From positions 2,719 to 66,718 of the forward strand of contig JAHKAP010000047.1 of the NCBI GenBank assembly GCA_018825985.1: DNA of 64,000 nt, given 5' to 3'. Both the position numbers and the translations under genes were made by a program. Shown piece after piece: positions 58,023 to 64,000 of the stretch (position 1 is the stretch's first letter; each line of letters opens with the position of its first letter). This DNA comes from Candidatus Omnitrophota bacterium (GTDB taxonomy: Bacteria > Omnitrophota > Gorgyraeia > Gygaellales > Profunditerraquicolaceae). A model generated the notes under the pieces. The model saw only the letters and a program-made list of their open reading frames with translations. It was not told the origin of the DNA and ran no database searches.

Positions 58023-58218
58023 AGAGAAAATGCAGCAGAGTTCATATACCGTAGAGGCTGATTAACTTAAGGCGAAGGAGGAGGTGAGCAGGCTTAAGAG
58101 TCAGAAGTCAGCTAAAGACGGTAAAAAGTAGATGTGAAAATCACCTGGAGGCTCAAAGCCCCAGTTAGAAATAGAAACGGCATACTTCTAATAAAAATAA
58201 ACAAAGGAGGAAAAAGAA

Positions 58219-59595
58219 ATGAGTAAACGTTTAATCTTAGTGTTAACGTTGGCTTTTGTGGTTGGCATCACTTTTGGTGCTTACGCAGAAGTTCAGAATG
58301 TCAAGGTAGGCGGTGAAATTTTGATGCAGGCATTGCACCAGAAGAATTTTGGTTTAAGCCAAAGCACTACCATGGGTGATAAGGAAAATGATACCAGTAA
58401 CCGTTTAATAACGCACGTGCAGATTAATGTGAGTGCGGATTTAACTGATAACGTTGGCGTGGTAGTAAAATTATTAAATGAAAGGGCCTGGGGCTTAGAG
58501 AGAATCCCGACCGACACTAACGGCGATGTCAGCAGCACTTCCATTGATTTGGATTTAGCTTATGTAACCTTAAAAGAGTTTCTTTATTCGCCTTTAACTT
58601 TAAAGATCGGCCGTCAAGCAGTAAAGTTTGGCAATGGTCTGGTTATTGGTTCTGGCACATCAGCAACAAATTTAGCTAGTGGTGACACAGCTAGGGCCAC
58701 CAATTATGCTAACGGTGTTCCCAAAGATCAGCGTTTAAGAAAATCTATGGATGCCATGCGGGCAACCTTAGACTATGATCCTTTGACAGTTGATTTATTG
58801 TATGCCAAGATAGAAGAGGGCCCTAACACTGATCGTAATGACAACGTTGATGTATACGGAATCAACGCTGCTTATAAGTTCAACAAAAAGGCATCAGTTC
58901 AGGGCTACGTATTCAGCAAGGTTGATGGCAAAACAGCAGAGGCCATTACTGGTGCTGCTCCCCGAAAAGGTAGCCAACAAATTCATACTATAGGTATTTT
59001 AGGTTATCTTGCGCCTATAGCTAACCTTAAAACATCCTTAGAATTAGCTGGCCAGCTTGGGAATCGTACTCCGACCTCTACTGATACCGCATCAAAACGC
59101 AGGGCTTACGCGATCCAGGCTATGGCAGACTATACATTTAAGGGTAAAAAGTTTGATCCGGCACTCGGAGCAACTTTTACATATTTGTCAGGTGATAATC
59201 AGAGAAACGATGAATACTATCGCAATTGGGATACAATGCAAGAAGGACAGGCACCTAACATATTTACCAACCATTTTTCAATGACTAGTTGTGTAGTAAC
59301 GAATCTTAGAGGTAAAATGAAGCCCGTGGATGATGTTACTTTGAGCGCTAACTATGGTTATTATCACTTCCCGGCTAAATTAAATGAGGTTGGTTTAAGT
59401 AACGCTTATAGCGCTCAAACATTGACTATGACCAAAAGCAAAGACGGCGGAAGCGCGCTGGATCTGTTCGCTAAATACGACTACACCGAAGATGTGCAGA
59501 TTGGTTTGGATATCGGCACATTCTTCCCTGGCAAGGCATTTTCAGATGCCAGAAGCGCAGTTTCGGTAATGCCATATCTAAAGGTAACCTTCTAA
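58219..59595 (+). CDS. Outer-membrane β-barrel protein (porin-like)
   Basis: Signal peptide. Alternating amphipathic β-strand pattern. C-terminal …YLKVTF ending in Phe. Confidence 0.55.
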   Translation: MSKRLILVLTLAFVVGITFGAYAEVQNVKVGGEILMQALHQKNFGLSQSTTMGDKENDTSNRLITHVQINVSADLTDNVGVVVKLLNERAWGLERIPTDTNGDVSSTSIDLDLAYVTLKEFLYSPLTLKIGRQAVKFGNGLVIGSGTSATNLASGDTARATNYANGVPKDQRLRKSMDAMRATLDYDPLTVDLLYAKIEEGPNTDRNDNVDVYGINAAYKFNKKASVQGYVFSKVDGKTAEAITGAAPRKGSQQIHTIGILGYLAPIANLKTSLELAGQLGNRTPTSTDTASKRRAYAIQAMADYTFKGKKFDPALGATFTYLSGDNQRNDEYYRNWDTMQEGQAPNIFTNHFSMTSCVVTNLRGKMKPVDDVTLSANYGYYHFPAKLNEVGLSNAYSAQTLTMTKSKDGGSALDLFAKYDYTEDVQIGLDIGTFFPGKAFSDARSAVSVMPYLKVTF

Positions 59596-59616
59596 TAAAG
59601 ATTCAATGTAAGCAAA

Positions 59617-59652
59617 AACCCCTGGGGGAGAAATTCCCCAGGGGTTTTTTGT
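59617..59652 (+). terminator. Rho-independent terminator (CCCCTGGGGGAGAAATTCCCCAGGGGTTTTTTG)
   Basis: 10-bp GC-rich stem followed by a T6 run. Confidence 0.85.
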
Positions 59653-59668
59653 TGCCGAAAGTAATATA

Positions 59669-61228
59669 ATGTTAAATCTCGCTTTCATCTTTCACATGCA
59701 TCAGCCGTATTACAAAAATCTCCTGACTAAGGTTGCGGATGTGCCCTGGGTGCGTTTACATGGCTCTAAGGATTATTTGGATATGGTTTTGATGCTAAAA
59801 AATTATCCCAAGATAAACCTTGTTTTCAATTTGGTTCCTTCTTTAATAGAGCAGACCGAAGATTATCTTAGCGGCAATGTTAAAGATAAATTCCTGGAGC
59901 TTAGCCTTAAGCCGGCATTAGAATTGGCATCTGCAGAAAAAGAGTTCCTATTAAATAATTTTTTCAGCATAAATCCGGATAAGGTTATATCTATTTTTCC
60001 CAGGTATTATCAGCTTTACTTAAAAAAGCAATCCGGGGATGATTTTAGTGTCCAGGATTTTCTGGATTTGCAGGTTTGGTTTAATTTAGCCTGGATTGAT
60101 CCTTATTTCCGCAGAGAAATGCCGGAATTAAAAAAAATAGAAGGGAAGGGGCGGTTTTTCAAGGAAGAAGAAAAAAGGATAGTGTTAGAAAAACAGCTGG
60201 AGATCTTAAAAGGGATTATCCCTGCTTATAAGGAGTATGGACTTAAAGGCCAGATTGAGGTGACAATGAGCCCTTATTATCATCCGATCCTACCTTTGCT
60301 TTCTAATACTAATATCGCTAAAGAAGCCAATAGTAAAACCGTATTGCCCAAGGTTAATTTTTCATATATCCAGGATGCCTTGGCCCAGATTGATGAGTCG
60401 GTAAAATTTTACCGGCAAAGGTTTGGCTTAAAGCTGAATGGGATGTGGCCGTCTGAGGAGGCGGTGAGCGAGCATATCCTGCCTTTGTTTATTAAATCCG
60501 GCATCAACTGGATCGTGGCTGATGAGGGAGTCTTGTTCAGGTCCTTAAAAAGCAAAAAAAGAAATACCCGCCTTTTGTATCAGCCCCATGTATTAAAAAG
60601 AAAAGACGGGTATTTAAATATAGTTTTCCGGGACCGTAATCTTTCAGACCTCATAGGTTTTGTTTATCAGGCCTGGAAAGCGGAAGACGCGGTTAAGGAT
60701 TTTATTACTCACCTGGAAAATATTAACCGATCGCTAATGAATGAGGATATTTTAGTGGTTATAGCTATGGACGGTGAAAATGCCTGGGAGTATTATAAAA
60801 ATGACGGCCATGATTTTCTGGAGTTACTTTATCAGCGTTTGTCCGAATCAGAAAGTATAAAGACCGTTACTATAAGCGATTATTTAAATGATCATCCAGC
60901 AAAACATCAGATCCCTAGGCTTGCCGCGGGTTCCTGGATTTATACTGAATTCGGTAAATGGATCGGCAATCCTTATAAAGTAAAAGCCTGGGAGTGGCTG
61001 GCTCTGGCCAGGAAGGAATTAGAGGCGAGCATTAATTCCGGCGCGAACATTGATTTAGGCCTGGTTTTAAAACAAATGTATATTTTAGAGGGGAGCGACT
61101 GGTTCTGGTGGTTCGGCGAAGATTATCCCGGTTATTTTGATTCTTTGTTTCGTATGCATATGACGAATTTTTATACACTGCTCAAGAAGGAAATTCCTGA
61201 ATATTTAAGTAAGCCTTTAACTCCTTGA
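59669..61228 (+). CDS. GH57-family glycoside hydrolase (α-glucan branching/amylase-like)
   Basis: N-terminal FHMHQPYY and GH57 catalytic regions. 519 aa. Confidence 0.85.
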   Translation: MLNLAFIFHMHQPYYKNLLTKVADVPWVRLHGSKDYLDMVLMLKNYPKINLVFNLVPSLIEQTEDYLSGNVKDKFLELSLKPALELASAEKEFLLNNFFSINPDKVISIFPRYYQLYLKKQSGDDFSVQDFLDLQVWFNLAWIDPYFRREMPELKKIEGKGRFFKEEEKRIVLEKQLEILKGIIPAYKEYGLKGQIEVTMSPYYHPILPLLSNTNIAKEANSKTVLPKVNFSYIQDALAQIDESVKFYRQRFGLKLNGMWPSEEAVSEHILPLFIKSGINWIVADEGVLFRSLKSKKRNTRLLYQPHVLKRKDGYLNIVFRDRNLSDLIGFVYQAWKAEDAVKDFITHLENINRSLMNEDILVVIAMDGENAWEYYKNDGHDFLELLYQRLSESESIKTVTISDYLNDHPAKHQIPRLAAGSWIYTEFGKWIGNPYKVKAWEWLALARKELEASINSGANIDLGLVLKQMYILEGSDWFWWFGEDYPGYFDSLFRMHMTNFYTLLKKEIPEYLSKPLTP

Positions 61229-61244
61229 CAGATAAGGGGTTTGT

Positions 61245-61832
61245 ATGCTATACTTTTACGATATGGAGAAGACCGATATATACGAACATTTGGCCCATAT
61301 TTATTTAGATACTCCCCTTCGTAAGAAAAATCAACTTAAAAATCAGCCGCCGCAGGTATCTAAAAAATATTTATATATCAGCCTGGCTATTATCGCCTGT
61401 CTGGCTATATTGCTATCGATCGCTCTCCAGATCAAACGCAAGCCTTTAACGACCCAGAATTCATCGGTACTCCAGCCTGATGTAATAAAAATAAATTATC
61501 ATTTCAATACCGGTAAGAAAGAAGTATACTCTTTGAACCTGAAGAAAGCGGACCTTTCTAAATTTAAGCAATTGGCATTTTTCTTAAAAAAGGCTAATAA
61601 TCGGGATACTATTTCTATACGGGTTGAGTTCGCTAACGCTTTTAAGGAAAAAGGCGAGATTTACATAAAGGATGTAGCCAAGAATTGGAAATTATACAAA
61701 TTGGACCTGGCTGATTTCAAGGGGATCACTGATTGGACCGAGATTTTGGAATTGTCTTTTATTATCGAGGAATGGAATGCGCAGGATAAGGACGGCGCTG
61801 TCTACATAGAAAGTGTAACTTTATTTAGATAG
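61245..61832 (+). CDS. Hypothetical membrane-anchored protein (single TM helix, ~130-aa extracytoplasmic domain)
   Basis: One TM helix (YISLAIIACLAILLSIAL). No recognisable domain. Tight spacing within the GH57-ParA operon. Confidence 0.4.
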   Translation: MLYFYDMEKTDIYEHLAHIYLDTPLRKKNQLKNQPPQVSKKYLYISLAIIACLAILLSIALQIKRKPLTTQNSSVLQPDVIKINYHFNTGKKEVYSLNLKKADLSKFKQLAFFLKKANNRDTISIRVEFANAFKEKGEIYIKDVAKNWKLYKLDLADFKGITDWTEILELSFIIEEWNAQDKDGAVYIESVTLFR

Positions 61833-61842
61833 GAGGGAGGCA

Positions 61843-62934
61843 ATGCGGATTATATCCATTACTAATCAAAAAGGCGGGTGCGGCAAGACTACCACTGCGG
61901 TAAACCTGGCTGCGTCATTGGCCAATAACGGCAAGAAAGTGTTATTGATAGACCTGGACCCCCAGTCACATGCCACTGCCGGTTTAAACATTGAATCCTC
62001 TTTAAGTATTTATAATGTCCTCTCCAAATTAACCAATAAGAAGGCCGGGTTTGAAGATATCATTCAAAACCTGGGGCCGAATCTGGATATCGCTCCCTCA
62101 AGCATTGTTTTAAGCACGTTAGAACAGGAATTAGCTTATGAGATCGGTAGGGAATCCCGCTTAATCGATACCTTGAGTGCTTTTAAGGGTAATTATGATT
62201 ATTGCTTAATTGATTGCCCTCCGAATCTAGGAATATTAACGGTTAACGCGCTCAGGGCGACTGACGAGATTATCATTCCTGTGGAAGCCAGCCGTTTTTC
62301 CCTGGAAGGCTTAAAGCAGTTGATCAGTATAATTGATCTGGTAAAAGATAGATTAAATCACGTGGTTGAATACCGGGTGCTGGTGGCTAACTTTGATTCC
62401 AGGCTTAGGCATTCTTTCATAATGCTGGAGCGGATCAAGTCGGCTTTCGGATCCAGGATGTTCGGAACTATTATCCATGTTAATGTTAAATTAAAAGAAG
62501 CCCAGAACCAGGGGACCCATATCTTTAAATACGATAAGTATTGCCGGGGCGCCAAAGATTATTACAGTTTATCCAGGGAGATCATTACCCAGGATAAGGC
62601 TACGGGTCATGAAGTTACGATGTCACAGATCAAAGAAAAAATGGCCGAGGCCATAAAAGAAAATTTGCCCGGATTAACCGAAGTGGTGTTTTCTTTGGCT
62701 GCTAAGGATGCCAAAGAGATCTATGTGGTAGGCGATTTTAATGATTGGAAGATCGATGATAACAGCCGGATGCTCGAACATGACGGCACCTGGACCAAAA
62801 GCTTAAGTTTGTTATCCGGAAATTACCGTTACCGTTTTGTAATGGATGGTAAATGGACCGATGACCCCAATAATTCGAACCGGGCCATGAATCCTTATGG
62901 ACAGATGGATTCTTTATTGGAAGTCAAAGGTTAA
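61843..62934 (+). CDS. ParA/Soj-type deviant Walker ATPase fused to a C-terminal CBM48/AMPK-β glycogen-binding domain
   Basis: KGGCGKTT deviant Walker A. ParA fold to about residue 255. The C-terminal ~85 aa match the AMPK-β GBD pattern (VVFSLAAKDAKEIYVVGDFNDW…GTW…LSGNYRYRFVMDGKWTDDPNN). Confidence 0.85.
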   Translation: MRIISITNQKGGCGKTTTAVNLAASLANNGKKVLLIDLDPQSHATAGLNIESSLSIYNVLSKLTNKKAGFEDIIQNLGPNLDIAPSSIVLSTLEQELAYEIGRESRLIDTLSAFKGNYDYCLIDCPPNLGILTVNALRATDEIIIPVEASRFSLEGLKQLISIIDLVKDRLNHVVEYRVLVANFDSRLRHSFIMLERIKSAFGSRMFGTIIHVNVKLKEAQNQGTHIFKYDKYCRGAKDYYSLSREIITQDKATGHEVTMSQIKEKMAEAIKENLPGLTEVVFSLAAKDAKEIYVVGDFNDWKIDDNSRMLEHDGTWTKSLSLLSGNYRYRFVMDGKWTDDPNNSNRAMNPYGQMDSLLEVKG

Positions 62935-62944
62935 GGAGGTAAAA

Positions 62945-63370
62945 ATGCCCCTTAAAAAAAGTAATAAAAAACAGGTAAAGAAGATAGTTAAGAAAAAAAT
63001 TATCAGAAAAAAGCCGGCGAAAAAAGCGATAAAGAAATTATCCAGAAAACCGGTAAAAAAGCCGGCAAATAAAAAAGTAATTAAGAAGAAGGTTTTTAAA
63101 AAGAAATCAGTGCCGGGTTTGGAGAAAGGGAAGATTTTGGGTGAGATAACCCATTATTTTCCTAAAGTCAGAGCTGGCGTTATCAAATTAAAAGCGCCGC
63201 TTAAATCCGGGGAGAAGGTCAGAATTAAGGGCCATACCACTGATTTTAAGCAGGTAATAGTTTCGATGCAGATTGACCGGGTTACTATTCAGGAAGCCAA
63301 AAAGGGAGATGAAATCGGCATTTTAGTCAACTCCCGGGTCCGCAAAAAAGACACCGTCTATAAGGTTTAG
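62945..63370 (+). CDS. Small protein with an extremely Lys-rich disordered N-terminal tail and a C-terminal β-barrel-like domain. Candidate ParA partner/adaptor.
   Basis: Residues 1-60 are KKxxKK repeats. The C-terminus (GKILGEITHYFPKVRAGVIKLKAPLKSGEKVRIKG…GDEIGILV) resembles an EF-Tu domain-2-type barrel. AAGGAGG SD; 10 nt after the ParA stop. Confidence 0.5.
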   Translation: MPLKKSNKKQVKKIVKKKIIRKKPAKKAIKKLSRKPVKKPANKKVIKKKVFKKKSVPGLEKGKILGEITHYFPKVRAGVIKLKAPLKSGEKVRIKGHTTDFKQVIVSMQIDRVTIQEAKKGDEIGILVNSRVRKKDTVYKV

Positions 63371-63408
63371 AACCCCCTATGGGTCACCCTAGGGGTCATC
63401 ACCCTAGG
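63371..63408. repeat. REP type D (GGGTCACCCTAGGGGTCATCACCCTAGGGGTCAGG) flanking the second RAYT
   Basis: Nested palindromes around CCCTAGGG. Shares GGGGTCA with type A. Confidence 0.6.
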
Positions 63409-63430
63409 GGTCAGGTCCCTTTCACGCAAC

Positions 63431-64000
63431 CTAACTATAATCAATAGGTTGCAACAAGTCACTTTGCACTTCTTCGTTCTGATGGGTACAATCTATCTTT
63501 TTTTTAATATTCTCATTGATTATCGTCTTTAAATAAAATTGTTGTCTTATTATAATACTGCTTCCTAATTCAATATAGTAAGGATCTATATCTACTAGTT
63601 TATCTGCTACTCCCAATACATATACCCTATAACTTGAGAATGGGTATGCTTCAGGCTTACTAATCAATCTAGCCCTTACAGGATTAAGCTCGATATACTT
63701 TCCACACTGCAAATAGTAGGCCTCGTCGTCAATAACCTTACTCTTAAACCGCCCTTGCCATAGATGCCCTACGCATTGATGTCGCTTCTTAAAATAGTAA
63801 TAATAGGTAAGGCTGAGCCTTTGTATAAACTTAGCTAAATCGCTATTGTCATCTACTCCTACCATAAAGTGGAAATGATTGGGCATTAGAGCATAATGAT
63901 AAATCTTGACCTTTTCTGTCTGTTTAAATAGCAGCGCCATCTTCCAGAATAACTTATAGTCCTTGGGTCGGAAGAACAGTTTTCGTTTATTATTACCTCG
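63431..64000 (-). mobile_element. Second RAYT/IS200-like Y1 transposase, a different family from the first. Its N-terminus runs past the window end.
   Basis: HuH (MPNHFHFMV) and ELNPVRARLI. The frame stays open upstream of Met63940 (…RGNNKRKLFFRPKDYKLFWK). Confidence 0.8.

Overview
This 64 kb window comes from a low-GC (~40%) bacterial chromosome. The genome is probably diderm (outer-membrane β-barrel protein, LPS heptose genes gmhA/hldE, LysM-M23 peptidase) and anaerobe-like (PPi-dependent PFK plus pyruvate phosphate dikinase, short ThiC, GH57 enzyme). Almost all genes lie on the + strand and are housekeeping: rsmE-mtaB, rpsU, aroQ, pepP-like, efp, accBC, pfp, gmhA-hldE, thiE-thiC, aroB, guaB-like-guaA, dnaE, hup, hisS-aspS, phoH-pgpH-like-ybeY-recO, panE, apbE, panB, glyQS, ppdK, a sigma factor and apt, plus two tRNAs (Gly-CCC, Arg-CCT). 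Several families of short mobile repeats are laid over this backbone. (1) A REP-associated tyrosine transposase (RAYT, 4994-5683) is flanked by half-REPs; at least eight further paired copies of the same REP (core GGGGTCAGAATTATTTTT) sit in intergenic spaces, often right at gene starts, and one carries a 25-bp flanking duplication. (2) A second, different RAYT runs off the window end with its own REP type. (3) Two GGGACA-core hairpin families are present. (4) An ~80-bp MITE-like element with 11-bp terminal inverted repeats appears to donate a Shine-Dalgarno sequence plus start codon to accB and to a yfcE-like gene. The most unusual locus is a tight four-gene operon (59669-63370): a GH57 glycoside hydrolase, a membrane-anchored hypothetical, a ParA/Soj-type ATPase fused to a C-terminal CBM48/AMPK-β glycogen-binding domain, and a small protein with an extremely Lys-rich N-terminal tail. 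This looks like a ParA/McdAB-style positioning system whose cargo could be glycogen granules; this is a hypothesis. Other notable points follow. An AmmeMemoRadiSam locus has AmrB (Memo) and AmrA (AMMECR1) fused, with a second Memo paralog 9 kb away; both share a palindromic intergenic motif. A soluble PRC-MgtE_N-CBS protein sits next to an NRAMP-family transporter whose metal-site motifs are non-canonical (putative Mg2+-type NRMT). A bacterial-type AspRS lacks the GAD insertion. A receiver domain has Glu at the phospho-acceptor position. A sugar-phosphate isomerase gene is interrupted by an in-frame TAG.
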